A stretch of 64,000 nucleotides of DNA from NCBI GenBank assembly GCA_964016885.1, contig OZ024742.1, forward strand, positions 235,972,001 to 236,036,000, read 5' to 3'. This document shows positions 51,937-64,000 of the stretch, piece after piece. A program made the position numbers and the translations under genes. Numbering within the stretch: the first letter of the stretch is position 1; each line of letters opens with the position of its first letter. Origin of the DNA: Eledone cirrhosa (lineage: Eukaryota). The notes under the pieces were generated by a model. It saw nothing but the letters and a program-made list of their open reading frames with translations. It had not been told where the DNA came from and did not search any database.

Positions 51937-53257
51937 AGCTACGTTCCGATTAAACACGTACTAGTAATTATAGTGTTAATGCTAGTTGTAAGTGAGACTC
52001 TGACTGACTGTTAATTTGGAGAGACATTTTTTGTTTCTTTTATAACTTTCATTTATTTTATCATGTTTTCAGTTGTCGAGGTTTTTTAGGTCGTTTGGTC
52101 ACCTCTTAAATCAATAGTCCATTTCTCAATCATATCAAAATATCGATAAATCAATAACAAAGCCTCATCCAGTATATGAAGTGGCCAGTTGTTGAAGGTG
52201 TAATCGTAGCTGTGCGAATTAACATAATGTGGTTGCTATTTGTAATATAATGTGTATTTATTTACCAGTTGGCTCGTTTGTCTAGGGGTATGATTTTTCA
52301 CTTAGGGTGCGACAGATCCCGGGTTCAAATCGCGGACCAGCCCAAACATTTAGGATATTATTTTCATTTTAAATCTATTTTCTGTCGCACCATGTTGACT
52401 TAGATGTAATAAACATTTAAATTTATATATTTTTCAGGTATCATCTAAATCTTTTTTTTTTACCTATGGGAACTATTAGTATAACAGTCTGTGAAAAAGA
52501 GCTCAATTTCAAACAACTAAATGCAAGCTCTATTCTGAGTAACAAAAAGTATTTACATCTGCTTACGTTTTCGTGGTCTGCTTTATATGTAGAAAAATAA
52601 TAATAAAAAACTACAGACTTGGATCAGCATAGGTCACTCTGTTTTACTTGTAGTATTTTACATATTGGGTTTAAAAGGAAGAAACAATAGCGGCTGTAGG
52701 AGACGTCTAGATAATCCGGAAAGAATAAGAACGGGAAAAAGAGCAAGAAAACTGTTTTCTTTAAAAAAAAAAAAGATGATGTTGGGCTCGTCCGTGATTT
52801 GCACCCTGGACCTGTCGCACCCAAGGCGAGAACCATGCGTCTAGACCAACGAACAACGCATAACAATGCAATTAAATATATATTAGTAATTATAGTTTTA
52901 ATGATAGTTGTAACTGAGTCTCTATGTTGGAAACACTTTTTTCTTTCTTTTTTAACTTATGTTGGGAACATTTTTTTTGTTTGCTTTTTAATTTTAATTC
53001 ATTTTATTATGTTTCTACAGATCTTGGATTTTGAGGACACCCGGTCTATTCTTCAAACTTAATTCCACTTCTCAATCATGTCCAAATATCAATAAATCAA
53101 TAACATCAACCCAATAATCACAACTGACGCCATAACATTACTATTACACCTTTTTTATAAAGCATATGACGTGGCCAATTTCAGAAAGTGTAATATATTT
53201 GCAAAGTAATATAAACTTACTGCTTTTAGTATATTAATTTGAACGTATTTACCAGTT

Positions 53258-53329
53258 GGTTCGTTGGTCTAGGGGTATGATTTTCGCTTAGGGTGCGAGA
53301 GGTCCCGGGTTCAAATCTCGGACGAGCCC
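53258..53329 (+). tRNA. tRNA-Pro-AGG: tRNA-Pro(AGG), C62T
   Basis: ttcaaatctcgg variant. Confidence 0.87.
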
Positions 53330-53775
53330 AAACTTTTTGGAATGTTTTTTATCGTAAGGCTATTTTCTGTCACACTGTGTTGACTTGGATGTAAGGTACA
53401 TGTTTTTCAGGTATCATCTAATCTTTTTTTCACTTTTGAGAACTATTAGTATAACTGTCTGTGATGAATAAAAAAGCTCAATTTAAAACAACTAAATGCA
53501 AGCTCTATATAATTTCTGAGTAACAAAGAGTATTTACATCTGTTTACGTTTCCGTGGTCTGGTTTATATGCAGAAAAATAGTAAAACTCTACAGACGTCG
53601 ATCAGTATTGGTCACTCAAATTTACTTGTAGTATTTAACATATTGGATTTAAAAGAAAACAATAGGGGTTGTGGCAAAAGTCGAGATCATCCGGAAAGAA
53701 GAACAAGAAAAAGAACTTTTGTGTACTGAACAAAAACTGTTTTGTTTTTTTTGAAAAGAAATAAGAGGTTATAAT

Positions 53776-53847
53776 GGGCTCGTCCGGGATTTGAAGCAGG
53801 GACCTCTCGCACCCAAAGCGAGAATCATACTCCTAGACCAACGAGCC
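53776..53847 (-). pseudogene. tRNA-Pro-TGG: Damaged tRNA-Pro(TGG)
   Basis: Same three changes as 48040. Confidence 0.75.
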
Positions 53848-55168
53848 AGCTACGTTCCGATTAAACACGTACTAGTAATTATAGTGTTAATGCTAGTTGT
53901 AAGTGAGACTCTGACTGACTGTTAATTTGGAGAGACATTTTTTGTTTCTTTTATAACTTCATTTATTTTATCATGTTTTCAGTTGTCGAGGTTTTTTAGG
54001 TCGTTTGGTCACCTCTTAAATCAATAGTCCATTTCTCAATCATATCAAAATATCGATAAATCAATAACAAAGCCTCATCCAGTATATGAAGTGGCCAGTT
54101 GTTGAATGTGTAATCGTAGCTGTGCGAATTAACATAATGTGGTTGCTATTTGTAATATAATGTGTATTTATTTACCAGTTGGCTCGTTTGTCTAGGGGTA
54201 TGATTTTTCACTTAGGGTGCGACAGATCCCGGGTTCAAATCGCGGACGAGCCCAAACATTTAGGATATTATTTTCATTTTAAATCTATTTTCTGTCGCAC
54301 CATGTTGACTTAGATGTAATAAACATTTAAATTTATATATTTTTCAGGTATCATCTAAATCTTTTTTTCTTACCTATGGGAACTATTAGTATAACAGTCT
54401 GTGAAAAAGAGCTCAATTTCAAACAACTAAATGCAAGCTCTATTCTGAGTAACAAAAAGTATTTACATCTGCTTACGTTTTCGTGGTCTGCTTTATATGT
54501 AGAAAAATAATAATAAAACACTACAGACTTGGATCAGCATAGGTCACTCTGTTTTACTTGTAGTATTTTACATATTGGGTTTAAAAGGAAGAAACAATAG
54601 CGGCTGTAGGAGACGTCTAGATAATCCGGAAAGAATAAGAACGGGAAAAAGAGCAAGAAAACTGTTTTCTTTAAAAAAAAAAAAACATGATGATGGGCTC
54701 GTCCGTGATTTGCACCCTGGACCTCTCGCACCCAAGGCGAGAACCATGCGTCTAGACCAACGAACAACGCATAACAATGCAATTAAATATATATTAGTAA
54801 TTATAGTTTTAATGATAGTTGTAACTGAGTCTCTATGTTGGAAACACTTTTTTCTTTCTTTTTTAACTTATGTTGGGAACATTTTTTTTGTTTGCTTTTT
54901 AATTTTAATTCATTTTATTATGTTTCTACAGATCTAGGATTTTGAGGACACCCGGTCTATTCTTCAAACTTAATTCCACTTCTCAATCATGTCCAAATAT
55001 CAATAAATCAATAACATCAACCCAATAATCACAACTGACGCCATAACATTACTATTACACCTTTTTTATAAAGCATATGACGTGGCCAATTTCAGAAAGT
55101 GTAATATATTTGCAAAGTAATATAAACTTTCTGCTTTTAGTATATTAATTTGAACGTATTTACCAGTT

Positions 55169-55240
55169 GGTTCGTTGGTCTAGGGGTATGATTTTCGCTT
55201 AGGGTGCGAGAGGTCCCGGGTTCAAATCCCGGACGAGCCC
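55169..55240 (+). tRNA. tRNA-Pro-AGG: tRNA-Pro(AGG)
   Basis: Array consensus. Confidence 0.92.
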
Positions 55241-55686
55241 AAACTTTTTGGAATGTTTTTTATCGTAAGGCTATTTTCTGTAACACTGTGTTGACTTGGA
55301 TGTAATGTACAGGTTTTTCAGGTATCATCTAATCTTTTTTTCACTTTTGAGAACTATTAGTATAACTGTCTGTGATGAAAAAAAAAGCTCAATTTTAAAC
55401 AACTAAATGCAAGCTCTATATAATTTCTGAGTAACAAAGAGTATTTACATCTGTTTACGTTTCCGTGGTCTGGTTTATATGCAGAAAAATAGTAAAACTC
55501 TACAGACGTCGATCAGTATTGGTCACTCAAATTTACTTGTAGTATTTAACATATTGGATTTAAAAGAAAACAATAGGGGTTGTGGCAAAAGTCGAGATCA
55601 TCCGGAAAGAAGAACAAGAAAAAGAACTTTTGTGTACTGAACAAAAACTGTTTTGTTTTTTTTGAAAAGAAATAAGAGGTTATAAT

Positions 55687-55758
55687 GGGCTCGTCCGGGA
55701 TTTGAACCCGGGACCTCTCGCACCCAAAGCGAGAATCATACCCCTAGACCAACGAGCC
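55687..55758 (-). tRNA. tRNA-Pro-TGG: tRNA-Pro(TGG)
   Basis: Canonical. Confidence 0.95.
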
Positions 55759-57081
55759 AGCTACGTTCCGATTAAACACGTGCTAGTAATTATAGTGTTA
55801 ATGCTAGTTGTAAGTGAGACTCTGACTGACTGTTAATTTGGAGAGACATTTTTTGTTTCTTTTATAACTTTCATTTATTTTATCATGTTTTCAGTTGTCG
55901 AGGTTTTTTAGGTCATTTGGTCACCTCTTAAATCAATAGTCCATTTCTCAATCATATCAAAATATCGATAAATCAATAACAAAGCCTCATCCAGTATATG
56001 AAGTGGCCAGTTGTTGAAGGTGTAATCGTAGCTGTGCGAATTAACATAATGTGGTTGCTATTTGTAATATAATGTGTATTTATTTACCAGTTGGCTCGTT
56101 TGTCTAGGGGTATGATTTTTCACTTAGGGTGCGACAGATCCCGGGTTCAAATCGCGGACCAGCCCAAACATTTAGGATATTATTTTCATTTTAAATCTAT
56201 TTTCTGTCGCACCATGTTGACTTAGATGTAATAAACATTTAAATTTATATATTTTTCAGGTATCATCTAAATCTTTTTTTTTTACCTTTGGGAACTATTA
56301 GTATAACAGTCTGTGAAAAAGAGCTCAATTTCAAACAACTAAATGCAAACTCTATTCTGAGTAACAAAAAGTATTTACATCTGCTTACGTTTTCGTGGTC
56401 TGCTTTATATGTAGAAAAATAATAATAAAACACTACAGACTTGGATCAGCATAGGTCACTCTGTTTTACTTGTAGTATTTTACATATTGGGTTTAAAAGG
56501 AAGAATCAATAGGGGCTGTAGGAAACGTCTAGATAATCCGGAAAGAAAAAGAACGGGAAAAAGAGCAAGAAAACTGTTTTCTTTAAAAAAAAAAAAAAGA
56601 TGTTGATGGGCTCGTCCGTGATTTGCACCCTGGACCTCTCGCACCCGAGGCGAGAACCATGCGTCTAGACCAACGAACAACGCATAACAATGCAATTAAA
56701 TATATATTAGTAATTATAGTTTTAATGATAGTTGTAACTGAGTCTCTATGTTGGAAACACTTTTTTCTTTCTTTTTTAACTTATGTTGGGAACATTTTTT
56801 TTGTTTGCTTTTTAATTTTAATTCATTTTATTATGTTTCTACAGATCTAGGATTTTGAGGACACCCGGTCTATTCTTCAAACTTAATTCCACTTCTCAAT
56901 CATGTCCAAATATCAATAAATCAATAACATCAACCCAATAATCACAACTGACGCCATAACATTACTATTACACCTTTTTTATAAAGCATATGACGTGGCC
57001 AATTTCAGAAAGTGTAATATATTTGCAAAGTAATATAAACTTTCTGCTTTTAGTATATTAATTTGAACGTATTTACCAGTT

Positions 57082-57153
57082 GGTTCGTTGGTCTAGGGGT
57101 ATGATTTTCGCTTAGGGTGCGAGAGGTCCCGGGTTCAAATCTCGGACGAGCCC
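57082..57153 (+). tRNA. tRNA-Pro-AGG: tRNA-Pro(AGG), C62T
   Basis: ttcaaatctcgg variant. Confidence 0.87.
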
Positions 57154-57599
57154 AAACTTTTTGGAATGTTTTTTATCGTAAGGCTATTTTCTGTCACACT
57201 GTGTTGACTTGGATGTAAGGTACATGTTTTTCAGGTATCATCTAATCTTTTTTTCACTTTTGAGAACTATTAGTATAACTGTCTGTGATGAATAAAAAAG
57301 CTCAATTTAAAACAACTAAATGCAAGCTCTATATAATTTCTGAGTAACAAAGAGTATTTACATCTGTTTACGTTTCCGTGGTCTGGTTTAAATGCAGAAA
57401 AATAGTAAAACTCTACAGACGTCGATCAGTATTGGTCACTCAAATTTACTTGTAGTATTTAACATATTGGATTTAAAAGAAAACAATAGGGGTTGTGGCA
57501 AAAGTCGAGATCATCCGGAAAGAAGAACAAGAAAAAGAACTTTTGTGTACTGAACAAAAACTGTTTTGTTTTTTTTGAAAAGAAATAAGAGGTTATAAT

Positions 57600-57671
57600 G
57601 GGCTCGTCCGGGATTTGAACCCGGGACCTCTCGCACCCAAAGCGAGAATCATACCCCTAGACCAACGAGCC
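57600..57671 (-). tRNA. tRNA-Pro-TGG: tRNA-Pro(TGG)
   Basis: Canonical. Confidence 0.95.
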
Positions 57672-58992
57672 AGCTACGTTCCGATTAAACACGTACTAGT
57701 AATTATAGTGTTAATGCTAGTTGTAAGTGAGACTCTGACTGACTGTTAATTTGGAGAGACATTTTTTGTTTCTTTTATAACTTTCATTTATTTTATCATG
57801 TTTTCAGTTGTCGAGGTTTTTTAGGTCGTTTGGTCACCTCTTAAATCAATAGTCCATTTCTCAATCATATCAAAATATCGATAAATCAATAACAAAGCCT
57901 CATCCAGTATATGAAGTGGCCAGTTGTTGAAGGTGTAATCGTAGCTGTGCGAATTAACATAATGTGGTTGCTATTTGTAATATAATGTGTATTTATTTAC
58001 CAGTTGGCTCGTTTGTCTAGGGGTATGATTTTTCACTTAGGGTGCGACAGATCCCGGGTTCAAATCGCGGACCAGCCCAAACATTTAGGATATTATTTTC
58101 ATTTTAAATCTATTTTCTGTCGCACCATGTTGACTTAGATGTAATAAACATTTAAATTTATATATTTTTCAGGTATCATCTAAATCTTTTTTTTTTACCT
58201 ATGGGAACTATTAGTATAACAGTCTGTGAAAAAGAGCTCAATTTCAAACAACTAAATGCAAGCTCTATTCTGAGTAACAAAAAGTATTTACATCTGCTTA
58301 CGTTTTCGTGGTCTGCTTTATATGTAGAAAAATAATAATAAAAAACTACAGACTTGGATCAGCATAGGTCACTCTGTTTTACTTGTAGTATTTTACATAT
58401 TGGGTTTAAAAGGAAGAAACAATAGCGGCTGTAGGAGACGTCTAGATAATCCGGAAAGAATAAGAACGGGAAAAAGAGCAAGAAAACTGTTTTCTTTAAA
58501 AAAAAAAAAGATGATGTTGGGCTCGTCCGTGATTTGCACCCTGGACCTGTCGCACCCAAGGCGAGAACCATGCGTCTAGACCAACGAACAACGCATAACA
58601 ATGCAATTAAATATATATTAGTAATTATAGTTTTAATGATAGTTGTAACTGAGTCTCTATGTTGGAAACACTTTTTTCTTTCTTTTTTAACTTATGTTGG
58701 GAACATTTTTTTTGTTTGCTTTTTAATTTTAATTCATTTTATTATGTTTCTACAGATCTTGGATTTTGAGGACACCCGGTCTATTCTTCAAACTTAATTC
58801 CACTTCTCAATCATGTCCAAATATCAATAAATCAATAACATCAACCCAATAATCACAACTGACGCCATAACATTACTATTACACCTTTTTTATAAAGCAT
58901 ATGACGTGGCCAATTTCAGAAAGTGTAATATATTTGCAAAGTAATATAAACTTACTGCTTTTAGTATATTAATTTGAACGTATTTACCAGTT

Positions 58993-59064
58993 GGTTCGTT
59001 GGTCTAGGGGTATGATTTTCGCTTAGGGTGCGAGAGGTCCCGGGTTCAAATCTCGGACGAGCCC
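58993..59064 (+). tRNA. tRNA-Pro-AGG: tRNA-Pro(AGG), C62T
   Basis: ttcaaatctcgg variant. Confidence 0.87.
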
Positions 59065-59510
59065 AAACTTTTTGGAATGTTTTTTATCGTAAGGCTATTT
59101 TCTGTCACACTGTGTTGACTTGGATGTAAGGTACATGTTTTTCAGGTATCATCTAATCTTTTTTTCACTTTTGAGAACTATTAGTATAACTGTCTGTGAT
59201 GAATAAAAAAGCTCAATTTAAAACAACTAAATGCAAGCTCTATATAATTTCTGAGTAACAAAGAGTATTTACATCTGTTTACGTTTCCGTGGTCTGGTTT
59301 ATATGCAGAAAAATAGTAAAACTCTACAGACGTCGATCAGTATTGGTCACTCAAATTTACTTGTAGTATTTAACATATTGGATTTAAAAGAAAACAATAG
59401 GGGTTGTGGCAAAAGTCGAGATCATCCGGAAAGAAGAACAAGAAAAAGAACTTTTGTGTACTGAACAAAAACTGTTTTGTTTTTTTTGAAAAGAAATAAG
59501 AGGTTATAAT

Positions 59511-59582
59511 GGGCTCGTCCGGGAATTGAACCCGGGACCTCTCGCACCCAAAGCGAGAATCATACCCCTAGACCAACGAGCC
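59511..59582 (-). tRNA. tRNA-Pro-TGG: tRNA-Pro(TGG), A59T
   Basis: gggaattgaa variant. Confidence 0.9.
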
Positions 59583-60903
59583 AGCTACGTTCCGATTAAA
59601 CACGTACTAGTAATTATAGTGTTAATGCTAGTTGTAAGTGAGACTCTGACTGACTGTTAATTTGGAGAGACATTTTTTGTTTCTTTTATAACTTTCATTT
59701 ATTTTATCATGTTTTCAGTTGTCGAGGTTTTTTAGGTCATTTGGTCACCTCTTAAATCAATAGTTCATTTCTCAATCATATCAAAATATCGATAAATCAA
59801 TAACAAAGCCTCATCCAGTATATGAAGTGGCCAGTTGTTGAAGGTGTAATCGTAGCTGTGCGAATTAACATAATGTGGTTGCTATTTGTAATATAATGTG
59901 TATTTATTTACCAGTTGGCTCGTTTGTCTAGGGGTATGATTTTTCACTTAGGGTGCGACAGATCCCGGGTTCAAATCGCGGACCAGCCCAAACATTTAGG
60001 ATATTATTTTCATTTTAAATCTATTTTCTGTCGCACCATGTTGACTTAGATGTAATAAACATTTAAATTTATATATTTTTCAGGTATCATCTAAATCTTT
60101 TTTTTTTACCTTTGGGAACTATTAGTATAACAGTCTGTGAAAAAGAGCTCAATTTCAAACAACTAAATGCAAACTCTATTCTGAGTAACAAAAAGTATTT
60201 ACATCTGCTTACGTTTTCGTGGTCTGCTTTATATGTAGAAAAATAATAATAAAACACTACAGACTTGGATCAGCATAGGTCACTCTGTTTTACTTGTAGT
60301 ATTTTACATATTGGGTTTAAAAGGAAGAAACAATAGGGGCTGTAGGAAACGTCTAGATAATCCGGAAAGAAAAAGAACGGGAAAAAGAGCAAGAAAACTG
60401 TTTTCTTTAAAAAAAAGAAAAGATGATGATGGGCTCGTCCGTGATTTGCACCCTGGACCTCTCGCACCCAAGGCGAGAACCATGCGTCTAGACCAACGAA
60501 CAACGCATAACAATGCAATTAAATATATATTAGTAATTATAGTTTTAATGATAGTTGTAACTGAGTCTCTATGTTGGAAACACTTTTTCTTTCTTTTTTA
60601 ACTTATGTTGGGAACATTTTTTTTGTTTGCTTTTTAATTTTAATTCATTTTATTATGTTTCTACAGATCTAGGATTTTGAGGACACCCGGTCTATTCTTC
60701 AAACTTAATTCCACTTCTCAATCATGTCCAAATATCAATAAATCAATAACATCAACCCAATAATCACAACTGACGCCATAACATTACTATTACACCTTTT
60801 TTATAAAGCATATGACGTTGACAATTTCAGAAAGTGTAATATATTTGCAAAGTAATATAAACTTTCTGCTTTTAGTATATTAATTTGAACGTATTTACCA
60901 GTT

Positions 60904-60975
60904 GGTTCGTTGGTCTAGGGGTATGATTTTCGCTTAGGGTGCGAGAGGTCCCGGGTTCAAATCCCGGACGAGCCC
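60904..60975 (+). tRNA. tRNA-Pro-AGG: tRNA-Pro(AGG)
   Basis: Array consensus. Confidence 0.92.
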
Positions 60976-61422
60976 AAACTTTTTGGAATGTTTTTTATCG
61001 TAAGGCTATTTTCTGTAACACTGTGTTGACTTGGATGTAATGTACAGGTTTTTCAGGTATCATCTAATCTTTTTTTCACTTTTGAGAACTATTAGTATAA
61101 CTGTCTGTGATGAAAAAAAAAAGCTCAATTTAAAACAACTAAATGCAAGCTCTATATAATTTCTGAGTAACAAAGAGTATTTACATCTGTTTACGTTTCC
61201 GTGGTCTGGTTTATATGCAGAAAAATAGTAAAACTCTACAGACGTCGATCAGTATTGGTCACTCAAATTTACTTGTAGTATTTAACATATTGGATTTAAA
61301 AGAAAACAATAGGGGTTGTGTCAAAAGTCGAGATCATCCGGAAAGAAGAACAAGAAAAAGAACTTTTGTGTACTGAACAAAAACTGTTTTGTTTTTTTTG
61401 AAAAGAAATAAGAGGTTATAAT

Positions 61423-61494
61423 GGGCTCGTCCGGGAATTAAACCCGGGACCTCTCGCACCCAAAGCGAGAATCATACCCCTAGACCAACGAGCC
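61423..61494 (-). pseudogene. tRNA-Pro-TGG: tRNA-Pro(TGG) with B-box C56T (probably poorly transcribed)
   Basis: gggaattaaaccc: GTTC changed to GTTT on the A59T background. Confidence 0.7.
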
Positions 61495-62817
61495 AGCTAC
61501 GTTCCGATTAAACACGTACTAGTAATTATAGTGTTAATGCTAGTTGTAAGTGAGACTCTGACTGACTGTTAATTTGGAGAGACATTTTTTGTTTCTTTTA
61601 TAACTTTCATTTATTTTATCATGTTTTCAGTTGTCGAGGTTTTTTAGGTCATTTGGTCACCTCTTAAATCAATAGTCCATTTCTCAATCATATCAAAATA
61701 TCGATAAATCAATAACAAAGCCTCATCCAGTATATGAAGTGGCCAGTTGTTGAAGGTGTAATCGTAGCTGTGCGAATTAACATAATGTGGTTGCTATTTG
61801 TAATATAATGTGTATTTATTTACCAGTTGGCTCGTTTGTCTAGGGGTATGATTTTTCACTTAGGGTGCGACAGATCCCGGGTTCAAATCGCGGACCAGCC
61901 CAAACATTTAGGATATTATTTTCATTTTAAATCTATTTTCTGTCGCACCATGTTGACTTAGATGTAATAAACATTTAAATTTATATATTTTTCAGGTATC
62001 ATCTAAATCTTTTTTTTTTACCTTTGGGAACTATTAGTATAACAGTCTGTGAAAAAGAGCTCAATTTCAAACAACTAAATGCAAACTCTATTCTGAGTAA
62101 CAAAAAGTATTTACATCTGCTTACGTTTTCGTGGTCTGCTTTATATGTAGAAAAATAATAATAAAACACTACAGACTTGGATCAGCATAGGTCACTCTGT
62201 TTTACTTGTAGTATTTTACATATTGGGTTTAAAAGGAAGAATCAATAGGGGCTGTAGGAAACGTCTAGATAATCCGGAAAGAAAAAGAACGGGAAAAAGA
62301 GCAAGAAAACTGTTTTCTTTAAAAAAAAAAAAAAGATGTTGATGGGCTCGTCCGTGATTTGCACCCTGGACCTCTCGCACCCGAGGCGAGAACCATGCGT
62401 CTAGACCAACGAACAACGCATAACAATGCAATTAAATATATATTAGTAATTATAGTTTTAATGATAGTTGTAACTGAGTCTCTATGTTGGAAACACTTTT
62501 TTCTTTCTTTTTTAACTTATGTTGGGAACATTTTTTTTGTTTGCTTTTTAATTTTAATTCATTTTATTATGTTTCTACAGATCTAGGATTTTGAGGACAC
62601 CCGGTCTATTCTTCAAACTTAATTCCACTTCTCAATCATGTCCAAATATCAATAAATCAATAACATCAACCCAATAATCACAACTGACGCCATAACATTA
62701 CTATTACACCTTTTTTATAAAGCATATGACGTGGCCAATTTCAGAAAGTGTAATATATTTGCAAAGTAATATAAACTTTCTGCTTTTAGTATATTAATTT
62801 GAACGTATTTACCAGTT

Positions 62818-62889
62818 GGTTCGTTGGTCTAGGGGTATGATTTTCGCTTAGGGTGCGAGAGGTCCCGGGTTCAAATCTCGGACGAGCCC
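62818..62889 (+). tRNA. tRNA-Pro-AGG: tRNA-Pro(AGG), C62T
   Basis: ttcaaatctcgg variant. Confidence 0.87.
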
Positions 62890-63335
62890 AAACTTTTTGG
62901 AATGTTTTTTATCGTAAGGCTATTTTCTGTCACACTGTGTTGACTTGGATGTAAGGTACATGTTTTTCAGGTATCATCTAATCTTTTTTTCACTTTTGAG
63001 AACTATTAGTATAACTGTCTGTGATGAATAAAAAAGCTCAATTTAAAACAACTAAATGCAAGCTCTATATAATTTCTGAGTAACAAAGAGTATTTACATC
63101 TGTTTACGTTTCCGTGGTCTGGTTTAAATGCAGAAAAATAGTAAAACTCTACAGACGTCGATCAGTATTGGTCACTCAAATTTACTTGTAGTATTTAACA
63201 TATTGGATTTAAAAGAAAACAATAGGGGTTGTGGCAAAAGTCGAGATCATCCGGAAAGAAGAACAAGAAAAAGAACTTTTGTGTACTGAACAAAAACTGT
63301 TTTGTTTTTTTTGAAAAGAAATAAGAGGTTATAAT

Positions 63336-63407
63336 GGGCTCGTCCGGGATTTGAACCCAGGACCTCTCGCACCCAAAGCGAGAATCATACCCCTAGACCA
63401 ACGAGCC
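63336..63407 (-). tRNA. tRNA-Pro-TGG: tRNA-Pro(TGG), T-stem U:G variant
   Basis: gaacccaggacc variant. Confidence 0.9.
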
Positions 63408-64000
63408 AGCTACGTTCCGATTAAACACGTACTAGTAATTATAGTGTTAATGCTAGTTGTAAGTGAGACTCTGACTGACTGTTAATTTGGAGAGACATTT
63501 TTTGTTTCTTTTATAACTTTCATTTATTTTATCATGTTTTCAGTTGTCGAGGTTTTTTAGGTCGTTTGGTCACCTCTTAAATCAATAGTCCATTTCTCAA
63601 TCATATCAAAATATCGATAAATCAATAACAAAGCCTCATCCAGTATATGAAGTGGCCAGTTGTTGAAGGTGTAATCGTAGCTGTGCGAATTAACATAATG
63701 TGGTTGCTATTTGTAATATAATGTGTATTTATTTACCAGTTGGCTCGTTTGTCTAGGGGTATGATTTTTCACTTAGGGTGCGACAGATCCCGGGTTCAAA
63801 TCGCGGACCAGCCCAAACATTTAGGATATTATTTTCATTTTAAATCTATTTTCTGTCGCACCATGTTGAGTTAGATGTAATAAACATTTAAATTTATATA
63901 TTTTTCAGGTATCATCTAAATCTTTTTTTTTTACCTATGGGAACTATTAGTATAACAGTCTGTGAAAAAGAGCTCAATTTCAAACAACTAAATGCAAGCT

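Larger units (their letters stand above)
13353..64000. repeat. ~1.91-kb tRNA-Pro macrosatellite: AGG(+), TGG(-), pseudo-AGG(+), pseudo-TGG(-); ~25 full and 3 deleted (~1.08 kb) monomers; runs off the window end
   Basis: First monomer is 13353-15266; repeated ORF/tRNA positions are spaced 1910-1916 bp, with three ~2995-bp steps. Confidence 0.98.

Noticed and set aside
14933-62586. Repeated 69-120 aa ORFs (MGLKGRNN..., MHCYALF..., MLCVVRW...)
   Set aside because: They overlap the pseudo-tRNA and homopolymer runs on both strands, frameshift freely with A-run length, and show no protein-family character.
13353-64000. CRISPR-like or phage/prokaryotic tRNA array
   Set aside because: Spacers are near-identical and kilobase-scale; the tRNAs are animal-type without encoded CCA; no cas or phage genes are present.

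Overview
AT-rich, non-coding metazoan DNA that is essentially one tandem array of tRNA-Pro genes; the host is probably an octopod, judged from a SINE recognised from memory. Positions 1-~13,350 hold about 2.6 copies of a ~5.03-kb unit. Each carries intact and decayed tRNA-Pro(AGG/TGG) genes, CGG-like relics and a dead RTE-clade (Rex3/Expander-like) LINE 3' fragment; copy 3 also has a SINE insertion with a 12-bp TSD. From 13,353 to the window end lies a ~1.91-kb macrosatellite. Its unit is a diverged dimer: one intact convergent pair, Pro-AGG(+) and Pro-TGG(-), plus one pseudogenised pair. This array holds 25 full AGG genes, 3 AGG 3' halves, 28 TGG genes (a few damaged), 28 pseudo-AGG and 24 pseudo-TGG. 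It shows three-monomer higher-order repeats (5,745 and ~5,735 bp) and a recurrent ~830-bp deletion ending in the anticodon. No credible protein-coding gene is present. I see no evidence of a new enzymatic system; the interest is in array architecture and tRNA gene birth and death.
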